64,000 nt of DNA. Origin: Verrucomicrobiota bacterium. Lineage in GTDB: Bacteria; Verrucomicrobiota; Verrucomicrobiia; Verrucomicrobiales; DEV007. This document shows, in pieces, positions 9,763 through 19,395 of this stretch. The stretch's first letter is position 1; each line of letters begins with the position of its first letter. A program made the translations under genes and the position numbers. The stretch covers positions 1-64,000 of the forward strand of contig JASFYY010000002.1 in the NCBI GenBank assembly GCA_045046875.1, written 5' to 3'. Below the pieces are notes generated by a model. The model saw only the letters and a list, made by a program, of their open reading frames with translations, was not told where the DNA came from and searched no databases.

Positions 9763-9861
9763 TTAAATTGCACAGACTACAGCCTGCCAAAATAAGCTTT
9801 CACTTCCTTTTAAAGAAGCGGGTTGCGGTGGCTTTCATTTTCCGTCTATTGGCCAGACAAT

Positions 9862-10947
9862 ATGAGTTCTTCTTTCGGCAATCTTTTTCGTATATCCACT
9901 TGGGGTGAATCCCACGGAGGTGGAGTAGGCGTGGTCATTGATGGCTGTCCGCCCAATATTGATCTGAATGAAGCCGACATCCAGGTTGACTTGGATCGAC
10001 GCAAGCCCGGTCAATCAGAAATCGTCACTCCGCGTGATGAAGCCGACCAATGCGAAATTTTATCAGGTGTATTCGAGGGCAAAACCCTGGGTACACCTAT
10101 TGCGATCCTAGTGCGAAATAAAGACGCTCGTCCTGAAGCTTACAGTGAGATGAAGGACAAATTCCGCCCCTCACATGCTGACTACACCTATCAAGCCAAA
10201 TACGGTATCCGTAACTGGCAGGGTGGCGGACGCGCTTCAGCTCGCGAAACCATTGGCCGGGTCGCTGCGGCAACAGTCGCCAAAAAAATCCTGCAAGCCC
10301 GCTTTGCACCCGACCTGGAGATCATTGCCTGGGTAAAGTCCGTAAGCGACATCGTTGCCGATGTGGATCCCGATACGGTGGACTTTGACACGGTCGAATC
10401 CAATATCGTAAGAACCGGTGATCTTCAAACTGCCGATAAAATGATCGAGCTGATCAAAACCATGCGCGGTGAAGGCAATTCTGTTGGTGGAGTGGTGGAG
10501 TGCGTGATCCGCCAAGTACCGCCCGGGCTCGGCGAACCGGTATTCGACAAACTCGAAGCCGACCTTGGCAAGGCCATGCTCAGCCTGCCTGCCTGCAAGG
10601 GATTCGAAGTAGGCTCGGGTTTTGCCGGATGCCTGATGACCGGGCGTGAACACAACGACCCTTATTATATGGAAGATGACCGGGTGAGAACCCGCAGCAA
10701 CCGATCCGGTGGCATTCAAGGAGGTATATCAAACGGCGAAAACATCATTTTCCGTCTGGCCTTCAAACCTACCGCCACCATCATGAGCGCCCAACAAACG
10801 GTATCCAGCGATCATCAAGACACCGAACTCACCGGACGTGGCCGCCATGATCCCTGTGTATTGCCTCGGGCAGTTCCTATGGTAGAGGCCATGGCCGCCC
10901 TTGTGCTCTGTGACCACGCTTTGCGCCAAAGCGCCCAAAACGGCTGA
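9862..10947 (+). CDS. aroC: Chorismate synthase
   Basis: [30 protein letters not shown]. Confidence 0.97.
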   Translation: MSSSFGNLFRISTWGESHGGGVGVVIDGCPPNIDLNEADIQVDLDRRKPGQSEIVTPRDEADQCEILSGVFEGKTLGTPIAILVRNKDARPEAYSEMKDKFRPSHADYTYQAKYGIRNWQGGGRASARETIGRVAAATVAKKILQARFAPDLEIIAWVKSVSDIVADVDPDTVDFDTVESNIVRTGDLQTADKMIELIKTMRGEGNSVGGVVECVIRQVPPGLGEPVFDKLEADLGKAMLSLPACKGFEVGSGFAGCLMTGREHNDPYYMEDDRVRTRSNRSGGIQGGISNGENIIFRLAFKPTATIMSAQQTVSSDHQDTELTGRGRHDPCVLPRAVPMVEAMAALVLCDHALRQSAQNG

Positions 10948-10973
10948 TTACATTCTGCTAATATTTCATTGCC

Positions 10974-11879
10974 ATGGCCTTCCTTTTTGCACTTTTCTTT
11001 GCACTGCTCATCCTGACCTTTGCGCGTCAGGCGTGGTTGCACGGTGTTTTGGTTCAATATTGGGGCATTCTGGGGCTCGCTGCCGGCATCGCTGCCGGTT
11101 ATCTTTTTTTCCAAAACTCCGCGATTCTGCTCGAACGTCTGGCTCCCGAATATTATCTGCCACTGATCCCCAATGTGATCACCAGCAGCGTGATCGGCCT
11201 AGCGGTGTATTTCATTGTGCGAGGTTTCATCAAATCCATCCTCTGCTCTCTATTTGGAGAAGACAGTATCCTGAATGGCTGGACAGAAGGTCTGCGCGGA
11301 GCCATTCTCAGTTTGTTGCCAAGCCTCATCACTGTGTTGATCATCGCCTCGGGCATCCGGGCCGGTGGCACTTTATTGGAACTGAAACACCTTGAAAACA
11401 TTTGCCGCCCCAAAGTTAATTTTTCTACTAAAAAATATCCTAGCTGGCCGGTATGGGCCACATGGCGTGATTCGGTAGAAAGCATTCCTTTTCTGGTGAA
11501 TACCCTCAAACCCCTGGATCCCATCAGCCGGGTGAACGAACGCCGGGTGGTTGATTTACTGGTCGCCAGCAAAAAACCCGAATTGCTGACCTTCCTGCGC
11601 AGCGCCCCTGAAACGGCTACTATTTTTTCCTCCAAAGGTATGCAGGACGCGCTGGCATCTGATGATATCATCACATTGTTGGCAAAATTCCAACACGTCA
11701 CTTTAATCCAACATGCTTTGATTCGCCAGGCTGCCGAAGACCCTGGTGCGGCCAAAGCTTTGGCAGATCTTGAATTGCAGCCTCTGATAGATGGATTTAT
11801 GCTCTCACCTGAACGACAGCAACGCCTCAAAACCGAAACCGTCGTAATGAACCAGAGTTTTCCCATCCAATTTCCATGA
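10974..11879 (+). CDS. Membrane protein, possibly CvpA-like N-terminus with a helical soluble C-terminal domain
   Basis: Four N-terminal TM segments; ATGA overlap with gatB. Confidence 0.55.
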   Translation: MAFLFALFFALLILTFARQAWLHGVLVQYWGILGLAAGIAAGYLFFQNSAILLERLAPEYYLPLIPNVITSSVIGLAVYFIVRGFIKSILCSLFGEDSILNGWTEGLRGAILSLLPSLITVLIIASGIRAGGTLLELKHLENICRPKVNFSTKKYPSWPVWATWRDSVESIPFLVNTLKPLDPISRVNERRVVDLLVASKKPELLTFLRSAPETATIFSSKGMQDALASDDIITLLAKFQHVTLIQHALIRQAAEDPGAAKALADLELQPLIDGFMLSPERQQRLKTETVVMNQSFPIQFP

Positions 11880-13348
11880 GCACAGCTACCGCTAACAAAT
11901 ACCTCGTATCCATCGGCCTTGAAGTGCATGTGCAGCTTAAGACCAACAGCAAAATGTTCTGTGCCTGTCCCGTTCGTTATGGTGACGAACCCAATACCCT
12001 CACTTGTCCGGTTTGCCTAGGCCTGCCCGGCGCAATGCCCGTGCTCAATCTCGGAGCTATCAAACGCACCATCCGCTCCGGCCTGATGCTTGGCTGCGAA
12101 ACCCCACCAATCGTCAAATGGGATCGCAAAAGTTATTTCTACCCCGACATGCCCAAAAACTACCAGATCACCCAGTTTGATCTGCCTTTGTGCGAGGGAG
12201 GTAAAGTGCCGCTCTATGATCTCGCCTACCCCAAGGAAGTGCAAAAAAACATCACCGAACCTGGCAAAAGTATCGCCCTTACCCGCATCCACCTTGAGGA
12301 AGATGTTGCGAAATCCACTCATCACGCCAGCTTTTCCAGCATCGATTTCAACCGCGCCGGAACTCCCCTGATGGAGATCGTCTCCGAACCTGACCTCACC
12401 ACCCCTGATGAAGCTTTTGCTTATTTGAACTCACTGCGCCAGATCCTGGTTTATGCCGGGGTCTCAGATGCTGATATGGAAAAAGGTCAGATGCGCTGTG
12501 ATGTGAACGTTTCCCTGCGTCCTGTAGGTCAGAAAGAACTCGGATCCAAAGTCGAGCTGAAGAATCTCAATTCGATGTCGGCGGTGCGTCGTTCACTCTA
12601 TTACGAAATCGAACGTCAGGGAGAAGCTCTCGATAATAACGAAACCATCATCCAATCCACCCGCCGCTGGGATGACTCGATTGAAGAAACCCGTTTGATG
12701 CGCACCAAGGAGGATGCCCATGATTATCGTTACCTTCCTGACCCCGACTTATTGCCCTTGCACACGCCGGACCTAGTGGCCGAAGCCAAGCTGGACTTAC
12801 CCGAATTGCCGCACACCAAAGTAGCTCGATTTGAAAAAGACTTTGGCATCACTCATTATGACGCTTGTGTGCTTGCCTCCGACCAGAGCCTGGCTGATTA
12901 TTATGAGCAGGCCGCTGTCGGAGCCTCATCGGCGAAAAAAGTCGCCAACTGGGTGATCAATAATCTCTTGGCCGCGCTCAATGAAAAGAGCCTATTTATA
13001 GCAGACTGCCCACTCAGCGCACAAAGTTTACGCGAATTGGTCGACCTGATCGAAGTCGGTCAGATTTCCAACAGTCAGGGCAAAGAAGTTTTCATCGCCC
13101 TATTTGAAACCGGCGACAAAAGCCCAGCTGAAATCGCCAAAGAAAAAGGTTTTGAGCCCGCCGACTCCGGTGAGATCGATGCCTTCATCGATCAAGCCAT
13201 CGCCGCCAACCCTGGGCCTGCCGGTGAAGTGAGTGAGGGCAACGACAAGGCGATCAATTTTCTTACCGGACAAGTGATGAAATTATCGCGAGGTAAAGCC
13301 AACCCCAAACAAGTCGGAGAAGGTATTATTGCCCGCCTGCGCTCTTAA
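11876..13348 (+). CDS. gatB: Asp-tRNA(Asn)/Glu-tRNA(Gln) amidotransferase subunit B
   Basis: IGLEVHVQL, YFYPDMPKNYQITQ, DFNRAGTPLMEIVSEPD, GQVMK. Confidence 0.97.
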   Translation: MSTATANKYLVSIGLEVHVQLKTNSKMFCACPVRYGDEPNTLTCPVCLGLPGAMPVLNLGAIKRTIRSGLMLGCETPPIVKWDRKSYFYPDMPKNYQITQFDLPLCEGGKVPLYDLAYPKEVQKNITEPGKSIALTRIHLEEDVAKSTHHASFSSIDFNRAGTPLMEIVSEPDLTTPDEAFAYLNSLRQILVYAGVSDADMEKGQMRCDVNVSLRPVGQKELGSKVELKNLNSMSAVRRSLYYEIERQGEALDNNETIIQSTRRWDDSIEETRLMRTKEDAHDYRYLPDPDLLPLHTPDLVAEAKLDLPELPHTKVARFEKDFGITHYDACVLASDQSLADYYEQAAVGASSAKKVANWVINNLLAALNEKSLFIADCPLSAQSLRELVDLIEVGQISNSQGKEVFIALFETGDKSPAEIAKEKGFEPADSGEIDAFIDQAIAANPGPAGEVSEGNDKAINFLTGQVMKLSRGKANPKQVGEGIIARLRS

Positions 13349-13607
13349 GCCCAAATAACGCGACATTGCAGGCTGGATCGATCAATACGATCAGAATCTT
13401 GCGACCAAAAAGCGCACCCATCCCATTTTTGTCTTCAACGGTGTCGCCGAAGGATTGACCCGCAATCTCAAGAACAGTCACAGCCACGCCATGGATGTTA
13501 CCGGCTCAAACATGGCCCAGCACGTGAAGCCACCGACATCCGTTACAATCCCATCAGCACTCTTCCCCAGCTGCGCCACACTCATCAACAAATCGCACCG
13601 GTCTCCA

Positions 13608-14225
13608 TTACTCGGAAGTTGCGGTGGTCATGATCTCAAGTTTTCGGAACTCCAAAGTACCCGCTTTTTTTCCTTCGGGCCCACCAGAGTCACCACCGAG
13701 ACCAAAAGTGATTTTCTTTTCTCCGATGCAAGGATGTTTGACGGTATAACTTTTGCCATCTACCACAGCAGTCATTTGTTCTCCTTTAAAAGTGACCTTC
13801 ACGTGATGCCATTCATCGAGCAAATTTTTCTGCTCTTTTTTGATAAGATCAACATGACCACCCTCTTTAGGATGAGCGAGAATACGTACAAAATCCTTGC
13901 TCATGACAAGATGCACCAAATGCCCGCGCTCCTGCGAACCGTTAAAAATAATGCCGGCAAAACTCGCTTTACCTGACAAACGGAAATCACATTCGAGTGA
14001 ACCATTTTGAAAAGCCAGGCGGCGCATCTTAACCGGCCCATGACGACGCGGGCCACTTTCATAACCCAATAAAATACCATCCTTTGCCGTCCAAGTTCCC
14101 AACCCCCAAAACCATTCTTTGGAGAGCTCACTATCAAACGTCTCTTTAATCACTTGCGGAGATTGAGCAACAACGTTGCTGATCATCAAGCTTAATATGG
14201 CGAGTAAAATAATAGGTTTGTACAT
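13608..14225 (-). CDS. Secreted concanavalin-A/DUF1080-like domain protein
   Basis: Signal peptide from MYKPIILL (start 14225); WHHVKV.F.G.....VDG pattern. Confidence 0.65.
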   Translation of the reverse strand: MYKPIILLAILSLMISNVVAQSPQVIKETFDSELSKEWFWGLGTWTAKDGILLGYESGPRRHGPVKMRRLAFQNGSLECDFRLSGKASFAGIIFNGSQERGHLVHLVMSKDFVRILAHPKEGGHVDLIKKEQKNLLDEWHHVKVTFKGEQMTAVVDGKSYTVKHPCIGEKKITFGLGGDSGGPEGKKAGTLEFRKLEIMTTATSE

Positions 14226-14474
14226 TGGTTTTCCCTTGGGTGGATGCATTTGCGTGAAAGTTTTTAGCGACGATAAATTAGATCTACAGTATATTCCAAT
14301 ATTAGATTCTCCCCAAACCGAATCACAGTTTCTAATATCGCCGATGAAATACCCCTCCTGATTATTTTTGATCGCGGCAGAATGTGATCTGACAATATGC
14401 TTTCCCCAGTTCCAAGCCTTGCATCCTGTTAATAACAAGATGACAATCCCAACAGGCTGATTCAGGCCCGGATC

Positions 14475-15536
14475 ATGATGAATAATACCAACCCGCCCCA
14501 TAGTGAAACGCTTTCCGACCGCAAGGAAAATATTACCTGTCGAGATTTATTACAAAATCATCTTCACCTGGACGGAACTGTTTTTGCAAACCTAAACGAA
14601 CAAGACCTGCAGCTAGCGGATCAATTGTTCCATCCTCTATCCATATCAGCGGGTGATACACTTTATCGACAAGGGGAACCAGGTGATGCCTTGATGTACA
14701 TCGTCAAAGGCCGGGTCAAGGTGGAATCCGATGGTATCGAACATGGGGAAATCGCCGCTGGCAATGTGGTCGGTGAAATGGCGCTGTTCATCAAGCGAGC
14801 ACGCAGTGCAAGTATCACTGCGGTCGTAGATACAGAATTGCTTCACTTGCAAAACATAGATTTTATTGCTCTGCGTGAGGCCGGTAGTATTCTTGCCTGG
14901 CGTCTGGAACGTGCCATTTCACAGTCATTATCACGACGAATGCGCGTCATGGTGGATCGTATCAAAGAGGAAATGAAGCCAAACACCCAGGCCGACAACG
15001 ATCGAAATCAAGTTTCCCAACCTTCCCTATTATCGCGTATCAAATCCTGTTTGGTCTCTGCTCCGCAAAAACCGCAGAGTGCTGATTTACCCGCAGAACA
15101 GGTATTGCGTCAGAGCGATTTGTTTGAACATGAAACGGACAAGGTATTAACGGCACTAAGTGAACTGGTCCGGGCTGACAACTACCCGGCCGGCTCATAC
15201 CTGTGCCGGCAAGGCACAGCTGGAGACAGACTTTATTTCATTATAAATGGCCAGATAAACATCAAGATGTCACTGGGCAACACAGACGGGCCTGTGAAAA
15301 TCGCATCGGTCGGTGCGGGCGCAGTGCTGGGGTTGATGGACTTGGCCGACCATCAAGGGTGCAGCGCGGATTGCATTGTAGCATCAGACGTCCTCACTTT
15401 CAGTTTGCATCGTGAAACTTGGGAAAAACTTTTCAAGCAAAACGATGCGGTAGGTTCCGCCATGCGTCTGGCTGTGATTCGAGAATTTTGCAAAAATATC
15501 GCCGCCACTAATGACTACGTCGGCAGCCATCCGTAA
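14475..15536 (+). CDS. Tandem cyclic-nucleotide-binding domain protein (no HTH or catalytic domain)
   Basis: QGEPGD.L..I.KG.V, GEMAL....RSAS; second repeat QG.AGD.LYFI..G. Confidence 0.85.
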   Translation: MMNNTNPPHSETLSDRKENITCRDLLQNHLHLDGTVFANLNEQDLQLADQLFHPLSISAGDTLYRQGEPGDALMYIVKGRVKVESDGIEHGEIAAGNVVGEMALFIKRARSASITAVVDTELLHLQNIDFIALREAGSILAWRLERAISQSLSRRMRVMVDRIKEEMKPNTQADNDRNQVSQPSLLSRIKSCLVSAPQKPQSADLPAEQVLRQSDLFEHETDKVLTALSELVRADNYPAGSYLCRQGTAGDRLYFIINGQINIKMSLGNTDGPVKIASVGAGAVLGLMDLADHQGCSADCIVASDVLTFSLHRETWEKLFKQNDAVGSAMRLAVIREFCKNIAATNDYVGSHP

Positions 15537-15544
15537 TAGCTACG

Positions 15545-16555
15545 CTACTCAGCGGCTTTAACGGCCCGTCGCTGCTTTTCGAGAAATTCCCACACCGCTC
15601 CGATACCATCAAAATCCTTGCAGACTTTGCCAATAATACGTTCTGGAAGATAAGAACTGCCCCCGGGGATGGTATGACCTCCTCCTTTGATACGGTAAAG
15701 CACCACGGACGTTCCCGCTTGACCACCCGACCAAGTTGACACCTCAACCGTGCAGGCGTCATCAGGATCCTTATCTGCCAGGGCTTCGACCACTGGTTTT
15801 TTATTAACGCCGTTGTAAGCGCACCACAGTTCGATACTCTTACTGGTCGAACTGCATTCCCCACGTTGGTAATCTTTGTTGGGATTAAGTTTTCGCTGAA
15901 TAGGAAAAAATTCCGGGGTGATAGGTCCTCCCTTATAGGGAACAAAAGGATCTGCCGTTCCGTTCATGTAAAGAATAGATATTGGCTGCAAGGGGCGAAA
16001 GTTTGCTTCAAAAGGCTTTGGCAGAGTAGCAATCATGATCGCTGCCGCGGCAAAGATATCCGAGGCCTCCAACGCCAGTCGCTGACTAAAAAAACCGCCA
16101 TTGGAAGCCCCGGTGGTATAAATGCGTTGCGCATCGATTTTATATTTTTTTTGCAGCGAAACCAGCAAAGCACTGACAAAAGCCACATCATCAGTTTTAG
16201 CATCCTGCGCAGCAAATTTCTTTGAATTCCTGCCGTCGTTCCAATGTTTATTCAAACCCTCCGGATAAACCACGATGAAACCTTCTTTCTCCGAGACAGG
16301 CGTAAACCCCATCACTGAGGCGACCTCCGCATTACCTCCCCCTCCGTGAAAACAAAATAGTAAAGGCAACGGTTTGTTTCCATCATAGCTGCTTGGGAGA
16401 TGAATACGATAAGCCCGCTGGATGCCATCATGTTCGAAAGAATGTCGCACTCCTGTCGGGCTTTTCCGACCCCGCCCTTGCTGGGCAAAAGATGGAACCA
16501 CTAGCCCTGATATCAGGAGTAAAAATAATGCCAGCTGACACCGGGGGAATTTCAT
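15545..16555 (-). CDS. Secreted esterase, PHB depolymerase/LpqC family
   Basis: FHGGGG, VVYPEG, DDVAFV, GASNGG, GTAD, GGGHT.PG. Confidence 0.85.
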   Translation of the reverse strand: MKFPRCQLALFLLLISGLVVPSFAQQGRGRKSPTGVRHSFEHDGIQRAYRIHLPSSYDGNKPLPLLFCFHGGGGNAEVASVMGFTPVSEKEGFIVVYPEGLNKHWNDGRNSKKFAAQDAKTDDVAFVSALLVSLQKKYKIDAQRIYTTGASNGGFFSQRLALEASDIFAAAAIMIATLPKPFEANFRPLQPISILYMNGTADPFVPYKGGPITPEFFPIQRKLNPNKDYQRGECSSTSKSIELWCAYNGVNKKPVVEALADKDPDDACTVEVSTWSGGQAGTSVVLYRIKGGGHTIPGGSSYLPERIIGKVCKDFDGIGAVWEFLEKQRRAVKAAE

Positions 16556-16591
16556 AAGCAAAAAAATCAGGTTATTGAACTACTTCAACAA

Positions 16592-16618
16592 GACGTCACC
16601 CGACTAAACAAAGTTACA
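16592..16618 (-). promoter_or_regulatory. Putative ECF-sigma promoter of the esterase gene
   Basis: Minus strand TGTAAC-N17-CGTC, the AAC/CGT layout typical of ECF promoters. Confidence 0.4.
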
Positions 16619-16720
16619 AGTGAATAAGCTGCCATGTTTCATGGTATCAACTTCCTCTGCCACCAACCGTCTCCCTGTCTTCAGCTTGCTAAATATTTTT
16701 CTACAGCGAAACTTACCTTT

Positions 16721-18436
16721 ATGGCCATCAATGATATAAAAATCTGCACGCTGTTTTTGAGTCTTTGCCTAACGCCCCCATTTACCTCCACCCTGATCGC
16801 AGAGAACGAGAATCCGCTCGCCCATTGGTCGCTTGAAGAAGACCTGATCGATCATTCGAAAAATTCTCTTAAACTCAGGAATCACCATACGGTCATCGAT
16901 GCAAACGCACGTTTTGATGGAATTAAAAGTTACCTTGAGAGCCCCCATCAGCCTTCCTTATCTCTCGGCAAGAGTGATTTCACTCTTTCTTTATGGATTC
17001 ACACGGCAAAAAATCTGAATGACAATCTTGGCACCTTGATCAGCAAATACGATCCGGTCAGCCGCAAAGGATTTAATCTCAGCATCATCAACCACGCAGG
17101 AGTCACCGGCAGTCAGGCCAATTATCGTAATCTTCAATTTGGTATCGATGACGGTAGGACTCCCTCAGCATGGCGTGACGAAGGTAGGCCCGGCAAATCG
17201 ATATTTATTCACAGCATGGCGGTGCATGACGGTGGTCTTTATGTGGGCACCGTCGAAGGGCGGACCAATACCGATCAGGGTCATGTCTATCTCTACAAAA
17301 AAAGCGGCGAATGGGAGGATCTCGGCGCTCCGTGGAAAAGCAACGGCGTCACTTCGATGGCCTCCTTTAACGGCAAACTCTACGTTGGGGTATCGCGGGT
17401 ATTGCTGCACTATTCTGGCTTGGCTCCTACCTTGTCCCATCATATTGGAGGAAAAGTTTTTCGTTGGGATGATGGCAAGTGGACCGACCTCGGGCAATTG
17501 CTGGGATTGGATGGTGTTAATGGCTTGGTCAATTTCAAGGGCAAACTCTATGCAACCGGATTCTATCAGCCAGGATTTTTCCGCTATGAAGGCGGCACTC
17601 AATGGAAATCAATGGGCACCCCTGATGATCTGCGCACCGAGGCTTTATGTGTCCATAACGGCTCCATCTACGCTACCACCTATGATGAAGGCACGGTTTT
17701 TGTTTTTGACGGCAACAACTGGAACCGCACCGGCTCACTTGGCACTGCCAGTCGCACGCAGGCTTATTATGATGGTAAAAAATGGGTGGCGACAGGCTTG
17801 AAAGGGGATAAAACCGGCACCCAGGTTTACAGTCTTGGGATTCATCAGGGAAAGCTGATGGCTGGAACTTGGCCGGAAGGGAAAGTTTACCGCTATGAAG
17901 GCGGGAAAAAATGGACATCCACCGGGCGCCTGGGCGAGGAACAGGAAATCATGGGGAGCAATCACTACAACGGCAAACTGTATGCCGGCTCATTACCCAT
18001 GGCTGAAATTTTTCGTTATGATGGAGACAATCATTGGAACTCAGTCGGCAGAGTGGACTTCACCAAAGACGTCATCTACCGGCGGGCTTTTTCGCTGGCG
18101 GTCTTCAAAGGCCGGCTATTTTCCGGAACTTTCCCTTCGGGTCACGTGCGCTCCTTTGAGGCGGGCAAATGTATCAGCTACGATAGTGAACTGCAAAGCG
18201 GGTGGCGCCACATCGCTGCAGTGAAATCAGCTGACCAGCTGAAACTTTTTGTAGATGGCAAACAAGTAGCCCAGTCCGATCAATTTGCCGCCGGGGAATT
18301 CGACCTGTCGAATAACTCACCCTTATTGATCGGCTACGGCCAATACGACTATTTCAACGGCAAAATCAAAGATGTCCGTATTTACCAACGCGCCCTACCA
18401 CTTAACGAATTAAAAGCACTGATGAAAAATCCTTAA
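16721..18436 (+). CDS. Secreted LamG-like jelly-roll protein interrupted by a beta-propeller
   Basis: LamG N-half (FTLSLWI) and C-half (WRHIAAV...LFVDG...FNGKIKDVRIY) flank repeated 'GKLY.G...G.V.RY.G...W...G' blades. Confidence 0.75.
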   Translation: MAINDIKICTLFLSLCLTPPFTSTLIAENENPLAHWSLEEDLIDHSKNSLKLRNHHTVIDANARFDGIKSYLESPHQPSLSLGKSDFTLSLWIHTAKNLNDNLGTLISKYDPVSRKGFNLSIINHAGVTGSQANYRNLQFGIDDGRTPSAWRDEGRPGKSIFIHSMAVHDGGLYVGTVEGRTNTDQGHVYLYKKSGEWEDLGAPWKSNGVTSMASFNGKLYVGVSRVLLHYSGLAPTLSHHIGGKVFRWDDGKWTDLGQLLGLDGVNGLVNFKGKLYATGFYQPGFFRYEGGTQWKSMGTPDDLRTEALCVHNGSIYATTYDEGTVFVFDGNNWNRTGSLGTASRTQAYYDGKKWVATGLKGDKTGTQVYSLGIHQGKLMAGTWPEGKVYRYEGGKKWTSTGRLGEEQEIMGSNHYNGKLYAGSLPMAEIFRYDGDNHWNSVGRVDFTKDVIYRRAFSLAVFKGRLFSGTFPSGHVRSFEAGKCISYDSELQSGWRHIAAVKSADQLKLFVDGKQVAQSDQFAAGEFDLSNNSPLLIGYGQYDYFNGKIKDVRIYQRALPLNELKALMKNP

Positions 18437-18439
18437 AAA

Positions 18440-18500
18440 ATCAGTGCCCATCAGTGTAAATCAATGGTTAACAAATATTATAACCACTGATGGCACTGAT
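18440..18500. repeat. REP-like palindromic intergenic element
   Basis: ATCAGTGCCC-ATCAGTGTAA-ATCAATGGTTA facing the inverted copy TAACCACTGAT-GGCACTGAT, between convergent genes. Confidence 0.6.
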
Positions 18501-18579
18501 GAACCATTCGTGTTTTGTGACAATCCTATCAATCCGCAGACCTTACATAAAAGGCCTGGGTAGCTGCTAGGCAGGTCTC

Positions 18580-19332
18580 TTAGTCAGCCATCAACGCTTT
18601 GACCTTGTCCATGATCGCTTTGGACCAGATTTCGTAACCAGCAGCGTTGGGGTGCAATAAGTCGGGCATGATTTCTTTGGAAAGCGTACCGTCTGCCTCA
18701 AGAAAATCCTTATTGATGTCCATATAGAAAACGGTTTTGTCATCAGCTAATTTTGCTATGATTTTATTGGCGGCTTCATTCTGTTGCCTCATTTTATTTT
18801 CTGTATTCGCTCCGCGAGGGAAAATGGCCAGTACCAAAATCTTCATCTGCGGTTGTTTTTTCTTAAGCAATTTTACAATCGCCTCAACTCCTTGTGCGGT
18901 TTGTTCAGAACTGCTGGGGTAAACAGCACCTTGATGCTCCGCCATCGCTCGCCCCTGATGGCCCGTGTTATTGGTGCCGATCATCAATACGGTGAGTTTG
19001 GGTTTCAACCCGTCGTAGTTGCCGTTTTGCAAGCGCCACAGGATGTGCTCGGTGCGATCGCCGCCGATACCAAAGTTCACCGCTTTAAGTGGAGCCCAGT
19101 ATTTCTTCCATGCTTCTTTGCCCCTGCCGTTCCAGCCAGCGGTGATCGAATCTCCAAGAAAAACCAAAGGAGCCTCACCCAACTTAGAAACCTTATTAAA
19201 ATTCTGATGCGACTTTTCCTTACCCGGATGAGGTGCTGGGGAAAGCGCGAGATTTTTAGTAGCGTCTTGCGCGACCGCAGGAAGGACAAGACTTACAATG
19301 GCGCTGATGTAAACAAAATATGGGATTTTCAT
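18580..19332 (-). CDS. Secreted GDSL/SGNH hydrolase (PAF-acetylhydrolase Ib-like)
   Basis: FLGDSIT, FGIGGDRT, MIGTNN, PDLLHP. Confidence 0.9.
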   Translation of the reverse strand: MKIPYFVYISAIVSLVLPAVAQDATKNLALSPAPHPGKEKSHQNFNKVSKLGEAPLVFLGDSITAGWNGRGKEAWKKYWAPLKAVNFGIGGDRTEHILWRLQNGNYDGLKPKLTVLMIGTNNTGHQGRAMAEHQGAVYPSSSEQTAQGVEAIVKLLKKKQPQMKILVLAIFPRGANTENKMRQQNEAANKIIAKLADDKTVFYMDINKDFLEADGTLSKEIMPDLLHPNAAGYEIWSKAIMDKVKALMAD

Positions 19333-19395
19333 GACCTTCAGCTTTGGCAAGTTTTGCCAAACTGTCAAACGCTTTGATTTGCTGACGCCATAAGC

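Noticed and set aside
11153..11929. Long antisense ORFs (also 29817-30536, 48113-48709, 18784-19377)
   Set aside because: Shadow frames of well-supported genes with no recognisable motifs
13349..13607. ncRNA or CDS (ORF 13455-13976) in the gap after gatB
   Set aside because: Only short, unconvincing stems; the ORF is mostly antisense to the 13608-14225 gene and has no motif
14226..14501. 92-aa N-terminal extension of the 13608-14501 ORF
   Set aside because: A signal peptide begins at Met93 (14225), and the extension overlaps the divergent gene start
18440..18500. CRISPR array
   Set aside because: Units are only 9-10 nt with no spacers, and there are no cas genes in the window
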